A model generated the notes under the pieces. That model saw only the letters and a program-made list of their open reading frames with translations. It was not told where the DNA came from and did no database searches. This document shows positions 8,864 through 18,804 of a stretch of DNA of 64,000 nucleotides, one piece after another (position 1 is the stretch's first letter; every line of letters starts with the position of its first letter). This DNA is from Oceanispirochaeta sp. (lineage in GTDB: Bacteria > Spirochaetota > Spirochaetia > DSM-2461): NCBI GenBank assembly GCA_963666275.2, contig CAXXOA010000001.1, forward strand, positions 64,001-128,000, in the 5' to 3' direction. Made by a program: the position numbers and the translations under genes.

Positions 8864-9871
8864 TTGAGAGTTACCATAAAGGATATTGCCAGAAAAGCCG
8901 GAGTTTCTCCGGCTGCCGTATCCAAGGCATTGAATGGTCAGCCTGATATAGGAGAGGCCACCAGAGAGAATATCCTGCGCATAAGCAGGGAGCTGGGGTA
9001 CACGCCGAATATGATCGCCAGGAACCTTGTGAAGAAGGGAAATAAAACCGTAGGCGTTCTGATTCCGGATATCTCCACTCCGATCTATCCGGTGATCTAT
9101 AAAGGGATCAACGAAAGGGCCATGGAGTACGGGTATACTCTCTTTCTGGGTGATACAAAAAGGGATCTGGCAAATGAGCGGAAGTATATTGCCACCATGA
9201 TGGAAAACAGAGTGGCAGGACTACTTGTCAGTCCGGTGAGCAATGATATTTCCCATCTTGAGGAGGTTGTACAGAATCAGATACCAGTCATTTATTTCGG
9301 CGGTAAAGTCAATGAATCCATGAATGATTACATTGGTATTGATAATTTGCGGGGAGGAGCTCTGGCAGTTGAACATCTGACAGAACTGGGGCATCAGCGG
9401 ATTACCATGATCTGTGATGACCTGAATACCAGAACCCGGCATGACAGGGTGGAAGGATACAGAAAGGCGATGATCCAACGCGGTCTGACTCCTGATGTCT
9501 TTATCGACGATGAAGGCCTGAAGGGGAGAGAGTGCGGCAGTGCGGCTATCAACAGGATTCTGAAACGGAATCAGAAAGTTCCCACGGCGGTTTTTGCCCT
9601 GAATGACCTGATGGCTATCGGGGTCATGGAAGCTCTCAATACAGCAGGATTGCGGGTTCCCGAAGATATTTCTGTAATGGGTTACGATGATATCCCTTTT
9701 GCATCCCTTCCCATGATCGGTCTATCCACCATCTGGCAGCCCAAGTTTGAGACAGGTGAAATGGCTCTGGAGCAGCTGCATCACAGGATCATCAGAGATA
9801 ACTGGGAGGGGGAGAGACAGGTGGTACTGCAGCCGGAGCTGAGAGTCCGGACATCGACCTGCAGGGTCTGA
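8864..9871 (+). CDS. LacI family transcriptional regulator (LacI-2)
   Basis: VTIKDIARKAGVSPAAVSKALN HTH, YTPNMIARNL hinge, VPEDISVMGYDD; TTG start with GAGG RBS. Confidence 0.95.
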   Translation: MRVTIKDIARKAGVSPAAVSKALNGQPDIGEATRENILRISRELGYTPNMIARNLVKKGNKTVGVLIPDISTPIYPVIYKGINERAMEYGYTLFLGDTKRDLANERKYIATMMENRVAGLLVSPVSNDISHLEEVVQNQIPVIYFGGKVNESMNDYIGIDNLRGGALAVEHLTELGHQRITMICDDLNTRTRHDRVEGYRKAMIQRGLTPDVFIDDEGLKGRECGSAAINRILKRNQKVPTAVFALNDLMAIGVMEALNTAGLRVPEDISVMGYDDIPFASLPMIGLSTIWQPKFETGEMALEQLHHRIIRDNWEGERQVVLQPELRVRTSTCRV

Positions 9872-9887
9872 TATTTTTTTTAATTTG

Positions 9888-9906
9888 TTACTAAAACGTT
9901 TAAGTA
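9888..9906. promoter_or_regulatory. second copy of LacI-2 operator
   Basis: TTACTAAAACGTTTAAGTA is the exact reverse complement of 8835-8853. Confidence 0.75.
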
Positions 9907-9935
9907 TATGTTTAATTTTCCTGAAAGGAGTCCCT

Positions 9936-10628
9936 ATGGGGAAGTATAAGTATGAAATTCACGCCCATACGGCGGAAGTCAGCAGCTGCGGTCATGTAAA
10001 GGCGGCAGATGCTATAGCCCTGTACAAAGAGGCAGGGTATCAGGGCATTGTTTTTACAGATCATTTCAACCGGGAGTATTTTGACAGGCTCGATGGAATG
10101 GGCTGGGAGGAGATGATCGATGCTTTTCTGGAGGGGTACAGAAGTGCCCTGCCGGCGGCGCAGGCCCTTGATATGGATGTTTTCTGGGGAGTGGAACTCC
10201 GCTTTACAGAAAACGATAACGACTATCTGGTTTATGGCCTGGAAGAGGATTTTCTGAAAAGTCTGCCCTTTGTTCACACAACTTCCATAAAGGAGTTTAT
10301 GGAGCAGATCAGCAGCAGACCGGATATCCTTGTCTTTCAGGCTCATCCCTTCAGAGACGGCTGTTCTCTGGTGGATCCTCTGATTGTTGACGGACTGGAA
10401 GTTCATAACGGGAATCCCCGGCATGATTCCAGAGATGCACTGGCCGCGGAAATCGCCAGGGAGAATAACCTTCTTATTCTTTCGGGTTCGGACTTTCACA
10501 GGACGGGAGATCTGGCAACGGGAGGAATCATTTTACCCGAAAGAGTTGCATCCATGGGGGAATTTGTCTCCCGTGTGAAAAAACTGGACTGGGAATCACT
10601 CATAGTAAAGGAACGGGTATGCAGATAA
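9936..10628 (+). CDS. PHP-domain phosphoesterase
   Basis: HAHT, TDH, GVE, AHP, EVHNG, GSDFH metal-binding motifs; AAGGAG RBS before ATG 9936. Confidence 0.88.
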   Translation: MGKYKYEIHAHTAEVSSCGHVKAADAIALYKEAGYQGIVFTDHFNREYFDRLDGMGWEEMIDAFLEGYRSALPAAQALDMDVFWGVELRFTENDNDYLVYGLEEDFLKSLPFVHTTSIKEFMEQISSRPDILVFQAHPFRDGCSLVDPLIVDGLEVHNGNPRHDSRDALAAEIARENNLLILSGSDFHRTGDLATGGIILPERVASMGEFVSRVKKLDWESLIVKERVCR

Positions 10629-11377
10629 AGACAATTCTTTTTGATATGGGAGGGACCCTGGAGGACATCCATTATTCCGATAATGTCCCCCAGATCATAG
10701 GGAAAAGGATGGAGGAGATCCTTGAAATTCCCTTTGAAAAGATTACGGAGAAAAACGGCACTGATTTTTACAGTCACCTCCAGGGCCGCTATAAAGAGTA
10801 TCGGGATTTCAGGGAGAAAACCTGTATAGAGGTTCATCCCGCCATGGTATGGAAAGACTGGATTCTCAAGGGCCTGCCGGTGCCTGACTCCATTATTTTC
10901 GATAATCATGAAAAGCTGGCCTATTTCTGGGAAACCGAAGTGATCCAGCGCAGATGCCGCACAGAAGCGGTGGAAATGCTGAATGAGATCCGGAAAAGAG
11001 GAATCCGGATGGGAATAATAAGCAATACAGGCAGCTTCACCCAGGTTTACAAATCCCTGGATAAATACGGTATCCGGGATTTCTTTGAAAAAATTGCCCT
11101 TTCCGCAGACTACGGAATCAGAAAGCCTCATGGTTTTCTTTTCCGGGACATTATTAATCAGATGGGATGCGAAGCGGAAAATACACTTTATGTGGGTGAT
11201 ACGGTTTCCCGTGATGTAGTGGGCGCCAGGAACGCCGGACTGTACGGGTCTATTCAGATCTGCTCAGAGTTCACAAAACTGAGTGATCAGGAGCACAGTC
11301 CCGGAATCAAACCCGATTACATCATTCATGATCTGATGAGTATTCCCGAAATCGTGGACCGTATTAATCAGATCTGA
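10619..11377 (+). CDS. HAD-IA family hydrolase
   Basis: FDMGGTL motif I, ISN motif II, RKP motif III, YVGDTVSRD motif IV. Confidence 0.88.
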   Translation: MQIKTILFDMGGTLEDIHYSDNVPQIIGKRMEEILEIPFEKITEKNGTDFYSHLQGRYKEYRDFREKTCIEVHPAMVWKDWILKGLPVPDSIIFDNHEKLAYFWETEVIQRRCRTEAVEMLNEIRKRGIRMGIISNTGSFTQVYKSLDKYGIRDFFEKIALSADYGIRKPHGFLFRDIINQMGCEAENTLYVGDTVSRDVVGARNAGLYGSIQICSEFTKLSDQEHSPGIKPDYIIHDLMSIPEIVDRINQI

Positions 11378-11409
11378 AAGGAGGAAATTGTGAAAAAAAG
11401 GAGATATCT

Positions 11410-13248
11410 ATGGAAAATATAATCCAATCGGCAGTTTATGATAAATGGACAGGCAAAATCCGCTGCTCCATAAACAGAGCTGTCAATTATATACGAGACC
11501 CTCAGAATCTTCTGAGTGTGGTTTCTATCATTCTGCTGATCTATCTTGTGGCTTTTCCCCTCTGGGAAATCTTAAGTACCACATTTCAGCTTCAGTTCCG
11601 GGATTCCATGAAAACAGGCATTCCCGAAGGGTCATTCACGCTGCGCTACTGGGCATCCACCTTTGCCAGCGAAATCAGTAAGGCCATGTTTTACAAACCC
11701 CTGATGAATTCTCTGATGATTTCATTAAGTGTTTCGTTTTTCGGCATTATGATCGGAGGAATACTGGCCTGGCTGGTTTCCAGGACCGACCTGCCCATGA
11801 AGAAATTCTTCTCGTTCATCCTGGTGGTAGCCTATATGGTTCCCTCCTGGTGTAAAGCTCTTGCCTGGCAGGTTATGTTCAAGAACGACAGGATCGGAGG
11901 ACATCCGGGGATGTTTCAGGCCATTACCGGAGTCAGTCTTCCCGACTGGTTCTCCTACGGCTTTGTTCCCATTGTGGTGACCCTGTCGCTGCACTATTTT
12001 GTTTTCTCTTTTCTGCTGATCTCTTCCGCTCTGGCTTCCATCGGGGGAGACCTGGAGGAAATGGCAGAAATTACAGGGGCCAAACGGGGAACCATCCTGA
12101 GGAAAATTACTTTTCCCCTGGTCCTCCCGGCCATTCTGTCCTCATTTATTCTGACTTTTTCAAAAGCCATCGGTTCTTTCGGCGCTCCCGCTTTTCTGGG
12201 GCTGAAAGTAAACTATTACACTCTTTCCACCATGATCTATGCCAATATCAGGAACAGAATGACCACTCAGGCATTCACCCTGGGAATCGTTCTGATGGTT
12301 GTGGCCAGTTTTACTGTCTACCTCAACCAGAAAGCTATCGGTAAAAGGAAGAGTTTTACCACCATCGGCGGAAAAAGCACAAGAAAGAACTTCATCAAGC
12401 TGAAAAAGCTGAAACCGGTGATTACGGCTCTGGTTCTGCTCTTTGTTATTCTCGGAGTGATCATGCCCCTGGTGGTGCTGGTCCTTCAGAGTGTTATGCT
12501 CACCGAAGGAGTCTACAGCCTGGATAATCTGACCCTCCATTTCTGGATAGGCGATGGAAACCCGGCTATTGCCGACGGAGAAGCCGGTATCTTTCATAAT
12601 CCGCGTATATGGAAAGCCCTTTTCAATACCCTGAGGCTTGTCTTTATTGTGTCCATTATAGCAACTGTGGCGGGACTGCTTCTGGGGTATCTCATATCCC
12701 GGGGAAGAAGGAAAATGAGCGGCAGATTTATTGAACAGATCTCTTTTACGCCCATGCTGATTCCCTCTATTGCCCTGAGTACCATTTATCTCTCCATGTT
12801 TTCCAAACCCCAGCTGTTTCTGCCGGTGCTCTACGGAACATTTGCCCTGCTTGTGCTTATCAGTATTGTCAAATATCTGCCCTTTGCGGTCCGTTCCGGA
12901 ACCAGCAGCATGATGCAGATCAATACGGAGCTGGAAGAGGCGGCCAAGATTGAAGGAACCCCCTGGGTGAAAATCTTTTCAAAGCTAATCCTTCCCCTGG
13001 CAAAGGGCGGTGTCTTCAGTGCTTTTCTTCTGATCTTTATCAGCGGAATGAAAGAACTGGCGCTGATTATGCTTCTGGTTACTCCTGAAACAGCCACCCT
13101 TACCACTTTGACCTACGCCTATACAGAGTCGGGGTTTGAGCAGTTTTCCAATGCCATTACTACACTGATCATTTTTATCATTATCACTGTGAACTTTATT
13201 GCTCGGAAAGTGAGCAAAGCGGACATTTCCAAAGGAATAGGAGGTTGA
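11410..13248 (+). CDS. ABC transporter permease, Fe3+/FbpB type
   Basis: multi-TM protein, two EAA-like loops (EEMAEITGA, EEAAKIEG). Confidence 0.9.
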   Translation: MENIIQSAVYDKWTGKIRCSINRAVNYIRDPQNLLSVVSIILLIYLVAFPLWEILSTTFQLQFRDSMKTGIPEGSFTLRYWASTFASEISKAMFYKPLMNSLMISLSVSFFGIMIGGILAWLVSRTDLPMKKFFSFILVVAYMVPSWCKALAWQVMFKNDRIGGHPGMFQAITGVSLPDWFSYGFVPIVVTLSLHYFVFSFLLISSALASIGGDLEEMAEITGAKRGTILRKITFPLVLPAILSSFILTFSKAIGSFGAPAFLGLKVNYYTLSTMIYANIRNRMTTQAFTLGIVLMVVASFTVYLNQKAIGKRKSFTTIGGKSTRKNFIKLKKLKPVITALVLLFVILGVIMPLVVLVLQSVMLTEGVYSLDNLTLHFWIGDGNPAIADGEAGIFHNPRIWKALFNTLRLVFIVSIIATVAGLLLGYLISRGRRKMSGRFIEQISFTPMLIPSIALSTIYLSMFSKPQLFLPVLYGTFALLVLISIVKYLPFAVRSGTSSMMQINTELEEAAKIEGTPWVKIFSKLILPLAKGGVFSAFLLIFISGMKELALIMLLVTPETATLTTLTYAYTESGFEQFSNAITTLIIFIIITVNFIARKVSKADISKGIGG

Positions 13249-13249
13249 T

Positions 13250-14392
13250 ATGAGCCGGATTGAATTGAATAAGGTAAATAAATTTTATGATAAAGTGCAT
13301 ATCCTCAAAGATGTGGACCTGGTAATAGAACAGGGCGATTTCATGACCCTTCTGGGCCCCTCTGGCTGTGGGAAAACCACCACGCTCCGGGTCATTTCGG
13401 GACTGGAGAATCCCCAGAGCGGGACTGTTGTTATCGACGGTCAGTCTGTGGCTGATCCTGTGACCGGAAAATTCGCCCCTCCCTCCAAAAGGAATCTGAA
13501 TCTTGTTTTTCAGAGCTATGCGCTCTGGCCCCATATGACTGTATTTGACAATGTGGCATTCGGTCTGACAGTTAAAAAAGAGCCAAAAAGTGAAATAAAG
13601 AAAAAAGTCATGGCCGCTCTGGAGAAAATGCAGATAGCCGAGTACGCCGAAAGGTATCCTTCCGAGCTTTCAGGAGGTCAGCAGCAGAGGGTCGCCATTG
13701 CCCGGGCGATCGTTTCCCAGCCCAAGATCCTCCTGCTGGATGAACCTCTTTCCAACCTGGATGCCAAGCTCCGGGTGGATATGAGAGCCGAGCTGAAAAG
13801 GCTGCATAAGGATCTGAAAACCACCATTATCTATGTGACTCACGATCAGGTGGAGGCTCTGACCCTCTCTTCAAAGATTGCTGTTTACTTCGAGGGGGTT
13901 CTTACCCAGTGCAATACCCCGTCGGAAATCTATAACAATCCATCCACCCTCAAGGTGGCGGAGTTTATCGGTAATCCTAAAATCAACTTTATCAAAGGGG
14001 TCGTTAATGACATGGAGAAGGGGCAGCTCAAGGTGAAAAGCTCCTTCGGAGAGATTTCTCTCAAAGATATCGATGCCAGAGACAGTGGGATTGTAAAACT
14101 CTTCAGTGAGAATAATCCGGGATCCGAGGTGACCCTTGCCATCCGTCCAGAGGACATTCTTGTTTCCAGAGAGAAGGCGGAAGGGGCTTTCCCCTGCACA
14201 GTCGTTTCCATTCTGCCCGCCGGATCGGAAACCCTTCTGGAACTGGAAATGGGAGATTCTCTGCTCATGGCCAAAGAGATTGGTCAGCACCGGTATGAAA
14301 TGGGCGATGTCCTGTTTGCCACGTTAAAGCAGGAGAGGATGAATGTGTATGAGAACGGAGAGGGATCCCTGGTGGTTCGTGCCGTTGACTGA
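13250..14392 (+). CDS. ABC transporter ATP-binding protein
   Basis: GPSGCGKTT, LSGGQQQR, LLLDEP. Confidence 0.95.
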   Translation: MSRIELNKVNKFYDKVHILKDVDLVIEQGDFMTLLGPSGCGKTTTLRVISGLENPQSGTVVIDGQSVADPVTGKFAPPSKRNLNLVFQSYALWPHMTVFDNVAFGLTVKKEPKSEIKKKVMAALEKMQIAEYAERYPSELSGGQQQRVAIARAIVSQPKILLLDEPLSNLDAKLRVDMRAELKRLHKDLKTTIIYVTHDQVEALTLSSKIAVYFEGVLTQCNTPSEIYNNPSTLKVAEFIGNPKINFIKGVVNDMEKGQLKVKSSFGEISLKDIDARDSGIVKLFSENNPGSEVTLAIRPEDILVSREKAEGAFPCTVVSILPAGSETLLELEMGDSLLMAKEIGQHRYEMGDVLFATLKQERMNVYENGEGSLVVRAVD

Positions 14393-14473
14393 GACCAATA
14401 AGGGTTAGGTTCGGGAAACTCCCCGCAAGGGGATTTCCTGATAATAATAGATTCTATTCTAAAGGAGCGTTCT

Positions 14474-15646
14474 ATGTTGAAAATGAGAAAGGTCGGATTT
14501 TTTCTATTTACCGCACTTCTGGTATTGTCTTTTTCCGGATGCAGTAAAAAAGCCGCGGACACTGTTCAGGCCGTCGAAGAAAAAAGTTGGGACGAGCAGG
14601 TCGGTCTGGCCGAAAACCTGAGCACCGAGGAACTGTATGAGAAAGCCAAGGAGGAAGGCACAGTTACAGTTTATTCCATGTCCAGCAGATTCAACGATGT
14701 AAAGGAGACTTTTGAAGCTCAGTATCCCGGGGTCGAAGTTGTCGTTTATGACATGAGAAACTCGGAAATTCTGGAAAAATTCCAGAGAGAGCATGAGGCG
14801 GGCATTAGAAATGCGGATCTTCTTTTTGTGAAAGATACGGATGGCGCCGTGTACAATGAGTTTGTCAGAATGGGACTGCTGAAAGAGTTCGTCCCCCAGG
14901 ATATGATGAAAACCGCCCCTGCCAGTTTTCAGAAAGGCGGCTATGCTCCCTATTTTGAAATGAAGCAGGTGTTCTACAATACCGAAGTCTATGATTCCTG
15001 TCCTATCGACAGCTGGTGGGATCTGACCCGGCCTGAATACAGGGGAAAAATCATACTGAGAAGTCCCATTGAAAACTCTGAAATCATGGGTCTTTTTACA
15101 GCGATTGTGAAAAACAGTGACGAAATGGAACAGGCTTATAAAAAAGAGTTCGGCCAGGACATTGTGCTGAATGACACTAAAAATGCCGGTTTTGAGTTCC
15201 TGAAAAGACTGACAGACAATGACCTTATCGTGATGACCAGTGATACGGACATCGTCGAAGCCGTGGGAACTCCCGGACAGATTGATCCTCCCTTCGGAAT
15301 CGCCACTTCCAGTAAAATGCGGAAAGCCGGTCCCAACCTGATGATCAATGTTGCGGAAGATCTCTCCCCCCGTCTTGGTATTGTCGATCCGGCCTACCTT
15401 TACATCGCCGATCACTCCGAGCACGTGAATGCGGCCAAACTGGTTATGAGATGGGTCGGCGGAGAAGCTGATGGATCCGGAGCCGGATTCAATCCCTTCC
15501 ATGTCAGGGGTTCCTGGCCTTCCAGAGCGGATGTTGAACCTGTTCAGACTCCTGCCCTGGCGTCTCTGAATCTCTGGGATCTGGACCTGGAATACAACTA
15601 CAGCGTTCTGGATGATATGAGAAATTTCTGGATTACCCTGCAGTAA
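14474..15646 (+). CDS. ABC transporter substrate-binding lipoprotein (Fe3+/phosphoester-binding family)
   Basis: lipobox FSGC; AKEEGTVTVYS, FEAQYPGV, FYNTE, SWWDL, NAAKL motifs; AAGGAG RBS. Confidence 0.85.
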   Translation: MLKMRKVGFFLFTALLVLSFSGCSKKAADTVQAVEEKSWDEQVGLAENLSTEELYEKAKEEGTVTVYSMSSRFNDVKETFEAQYPGVEVVVYDMRNSEILEKFQREHEAGIRNADLLFVKDTDGAVYNEFVRMGLLKEFVPQDMMKTAPASFQKGGYAPYFEMKQVFYNTEVYDSCPIDSWWDLTRPEYRGKIILRSPIENSEIMGLFTAIVKNSDEMEQAYKKEFGQDIVLNDTKNAGFEFLKRLTDNDLIVMTSDTDIVEAVGTPGQIDPPFGIATSSKMRKAGPNLMINVAEDLSPRLGIVDPAYLYIADHSEHVNAAKLVMRWVGGEADGSGAGFNPFHVRGSWPSRADVEPVQTPALASLNLWDLDLEYNYSVLDDMRNFWITLQ

Positions 15647-15658
15647 GTTAAAAAAACG

Positions 15659-15682
15659 GGACAGCCTGAGTGCAGGCTGTCC
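15659..15682. other. stem-loop between binding protein and kinase 2
   Basis: GGACAGCCTG-AGTG-CAGGCTGTCC perfect 10-bp stem. Confidence 0.6.
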
Positions 15683-15704
15683 TATCTGAAAAGGATATTT
15701 CACA

Positions 15705-16583
15705 ATGCAATATGATATAACTATGATCGGCCATGTCTGCAAGGATACCCTGGAGGATATGGGACAGATCTCCCATAGTCTGGGAGGGGCGGTCTATTAC
15801 TCCTCCATCGCCGCAGCAAGAAGCGGTTCCCGAATCCATGTGGTCACAAAGGCATCCCTTCAGGATGATCTTCTGATGGACGTTATGCGCAAGAATGGCG
15901 TTGAGGTCACACGGCTTGACGACGATAAAACTACCGAAATCAAGCTGATTTATGATTCTCCCGACAGGGAAAGACGGCAGGTCATCCTGGAGCAGCAGGC
16001 CGAACCATTCGCCACAGCGGGATTCCCCGCCTCGGAAAGCAGGATCTATCATATGGCAGGACTGTTCAAAGGGGAAATCCCGGATGATTTTATTCCCTTC
16101 CTCGCCGAGAGGGGAGAGGTGGCCATGGACGTGCAGGGGGTTCTGCGATGCAGTGAAGAGGGAAACCTGGTTTTCCGTAACTGGGAACTGGCCAATGAAT
16201 ACCTTCCCCGGGTTACCTATCTGAAAACCGATGCGGCGGAAGCGGAAATTCTGACAGGCCTGAAAGACAGGGAAGCCGCCGCCCGGGAGCTGGCAGCAAA
16301 GGGTGTGAGGGAAGTGATGATCACCCACAATGAAGAAGTCCTTCTTCTGGCAGAGGGCAAAATGATGAAGGCTCCCTTCAATCCGGCGAACCTTTCGGGA
16401 AGAACCGGTCGGGGAGATACCACCTTTGCGGCCTACCTTTCCAAACGGCTGGAAGCGGGGCCCTATGAATCCCTCTTTTACGCCGCCGCCCTCTGTTCCA
16501 TAAAAATGGAGAGTCCCGGTCCCTATCTGGGAGGGATTTCCGAGGTATACAAACGGATGGAGCAGATAGGATACAGGCAGTAA
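15705..16583 (+). CDS. PfkB/ribokinase-family kinase with PPi-dependent signature (kinase 2, paralog of 7867-8742)
   Basis: GRTGRGDT, LKTDAAEAE, APF, SIKME, DVQGVLR; collinear and strongly similar to kinase 1. Confidence 0.85.
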   Translation: MQYDITMIGHVCKDTLEDMGQISHSLGGAVYYSSIAAARSGSRIHVVTKASLQDDLLMDVMRKNGVEVTRLDDDKTTEIKLIYDSPDRERRQVILEQQAEPFATAGFPASESRIYHMAGLFKGEIPDDFIPFLAERGEVAMDVQGVLRCSEEGNLVFRNWELANEYLPRVTYLKTDAAEAEILTGLKDREAAARELAAKGVREVMITHNEEVLLLAEGKMMKAPFNPANLSGRTGRGDTTFAAYLSKRLEAGPYESLFYAAALCSIKMESPGPYLGGISEVYKRMEQIGYRQ

Positions 16584-16612
16584 AGCCTGTACGGGGAAAA
16601 ACACTTTCTTTT

Positions 16613-16644
16613 ACAGAAAGGTCTCTTTAATGAGCCCTTTCTGT
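16613..16644. terminator. hairpin between convergent genes
   Basis: ACAGAAAGG...CCTTTCTGT inverted repeat. Confidence 0.45.
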
Positions 16645-16761
16645 CTCACTATTTTCACCTTCTAATATCAATTTCCCGCTGTATATCTGGATATTCAGGA
16701 ATAATCAGTTATCAGGATAATGAAATACTGTTGAGAACACCCATCTTTACTGCAATGACTT

Positions 16762-17790
16762 TTATAAGCGGATTCCTCCGAAAAGAGTGGCATCCAGAAC
16801 CGTTGCAGACATTTGCAGGTTTTCCTTCGGATTGGCTATATCAGTCACATCAAGGTATGCATGAAAACCGCAATAAAAATTGTTGAAATTCATTCCAGTA
16901 GCCAGGCGGATGTTGTATTTCATCATCAGGATCTGTGCTTTGATTGTCTCGCTGCTTACACTATAGTCCCGGGCATCCTTGCTGAGAGTCTCATAGCTCT
17001 GCCACTGATAGGCCGGACCGGCAAAAATTACGGGTGTAAAATAGAAGTGTGACAGGACAAAGCTGTATCCGAACCCGGGCAACAAGCTCACTGAGTGGTA
17101 GCTGGATTCGCTGAATGCCGCTGCCTGGCCATAGTAGGATATCTGTTCTTCCGGGATGAGGGGTTTGTCGTTTGAAAAGCTGATATAATTGTAGGATGTC
17201 ATCAGCATCATCGCCCCGGCTCTTTTCAGTTGGACGGCAGAATTTTTAAAGGCGCTTTTCAGGGAGAAATTGTCTCCCGCAATGGTATAGAAAAAATCGG
17301 CCCCGATATTGTAGCACTCCATATCGCCCTGCTGAATCATTACCCCATTCTCCGGAGGTGAGGAAACCAGATCGGAGGTATTGGAAATATAATAGCCCTT
17401 GTACCGCATATAGTAGGTATCCAGGCCCCAACTGTCGCTGTAATAGGTAAGATTTATATCCTGATAATCTGTTTCTCCGTATTTGGTGCTGTCTCTTCCG
17501 TTCAGTAAACCATAGGAAGCACTGATTCCCCACTGTTTGTAGGAAGCCTGCATTCCCAGGTTCAGGGGGACATTCGGTCTGTATTCAATGGAGGTGCTCT
17601 CTGAGTCGGATGAGGAAAAGTTCAGAAAAAACATCCTGGATGAAACAGATGGCTGAATAATGAGATCGCTGTCATAGGACATATAGTAGAGTGAGTCATC
17701 AGTGCTCTCGGGTTTCGGAACTTCCCCGGAAATAAAAAAGGCAGTTAGAAGTAAAGCCGTGATAAATAGTCTCAGTTTCAATTCAGCCAT
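16762..17790 (-). CDS. putative outer-membrane beta-barrel protein, DUF4421-like
   Basis: signal peptide; YRPN..LG..ASYK, YKGYY, FSLKSAF..QLKRAG motifs, alternating aromatic beta-strand pattern, C-terminal GGIRL. Confidence 0.6.
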   Translation of the reverse strand: MAELKLRLFITALLLTAFFISGEVPKPESTDDSLYYMSYDSDLIIQPSVSSRMFFLNFSSSDSESTSIEYRPNVPLNLGMQASYKQWGISASYGLLNGRDSTKYGETDYQDINLTYYSDSWGLDTYYMRYKGYYISNTSDLVSSPPENGVMIQQGDMECYNIGADFFYTIAGDNFSLKSAFKNSAVQLKRAGAMMLMTSYNYISFSNDKPLIPEEQISYYGQAAAFSESSYHSVSLLPGFGYSFVLSHFYFTPVIFAGPAYQWQSYETLSKDARDYSVSSETIKAQILMMKYNIRLATGMNFNNFYCGFHAYLDVTDIANPKENLQMSATVLDATLFGGIRL

Positions 17791-17887
17791 GGAAAATCCT
17801 TATATGGTTGGAATCATTTTATCATATCAACTCATAGAAAAAAGATCATTAAAATCCTCGAGTCAGCCTTTAATTCCAGAAATTCAG

Positions 17888-17940
17888 ACAAAAAAAGCCC
17901 ACCCGAAGGTGAGCACACTAAATGTAACAGAAGAGTATCC
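17888..17940. repeat. left copy of ~53-bp direct repeat containing a minus-strand terminator
   Basis: ACAAAAAAAGCCCACCCGAAGGTGAGCACACTAAATGTAACAGAAGAGTATCC, near-identical to 18805-18858. Confidence 0.9.
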
Positions 17941-18030
17941 TGAATTCGACTGATCATACTGACAGTTCTATTATGAGTATCTTTCTTGATCCAGTATAAA
18001 AAGAACGCTATTATATAATCAGAGGTTTAT

Positions 18031-18333
18031 ATGCATCCTTTAGAAGAAGCTGCCGAAAAAATCAGATCTCATTACCATGATGCCAGAGTTCTGTTATTCG
18101 GATCTCAGGCAAAAGGAGATGCTAACGAGGATAGTGATATTGACCTCTGCATTATCATTACTGATCCTCAGAAGCGGTTACTGGAAATAAGCCGAGAAAT
18201 CAGAAAAGATATTTATCCTATACTCAGAAGACCTCTTGATATTCTGGTGTATGACAGTAAATCTTTTGAAGAACGTTCATCTTTCCCCCTGACCATGGAA
18301 TCAGAAATACTTGAGTATGCAAGAGACTTATGA
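18031..18333 (+). CDS. minimal nucleotidyltransferase (MNT) domain protein
   Basis: LFGSQAKGDANEDSDIDL (GS-x10-DxD), 100 aa; candidate promoter TTGATC-17-TATTAT at 17986-18014. Confidence 0.9.
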   Translation: MHPLEEAAEKIRSHYHDARVLLFGSQAKGDANEDSDIDLCIIITDPQKRLLEISREIRKDIYPILRRPLDILVYDSKSFEERSSFPLTMESEILEYARDL

Positions 18334-18710
18334 ATAAGGATGACCTTGTTAAAGAATGGCTTGATTACAGTCTGAAGGATCTGGAATCAGCCAAATTCCT
18401 GACAGCGATGGTTCCTGAGCCATTTGAAATTATCTGTTTCCATTGTCAGCAGTCCGTCGAAAAAGCATTGAAAGCTGTTTTGTATAAAAAGAATGTGCGG
18501 CCGCCGAAAACACATGATCTGGATGAATTAATTACTCTTTGTGCTATAAAAGAGGTGGAGGATTTCAGAGAATCAGTACTGCCCCTTAATGACTATTCTG
18601 TCATGATTCGCTACCCCTCCCTGGAAACTGTAGAAGAGCAGGATACCCGTCAGGCAACCCATGCTGCCGAACAATTCTTTTCAATGGTTTCAGATCTTAT
18701 CTCAAAATAA
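18330..18710 (+). CDS. HEPN domain protein, partner of MNT
   Basis: CFHCQQSVEKALKA, KTHDL, RYP motifs; ATGA overlap with MNT gene. Confidence 0.9.
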   Translation: MNKDDLVKEWLDYSLKDLESAKFLTAMVPEPFEIICFHCQQSVEKALKAVLYKKNVRPPKTHDLDELITLCAIKEVEDFRESVLPLNDYSVMIRYPSLETVEEQDTRQATHAAEQFFSMVSDLISK

Positions 18711-18804
18711 ATCTTTTTCCTGAAAGATAATCAGGTCTTTTGAATCAATCCGGGGAAATCAAATATATTCCGACTTAATAAAGAGAAAATTTCATTTCAG
18801 CTGC

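Noticed and set aside
14504..16604. long antisense ORFs (412 aa and 318 aa) over the binding protein and kinase 2
   Set aside because: shadow frames of well-supported + strand genes; no recognisable motifs
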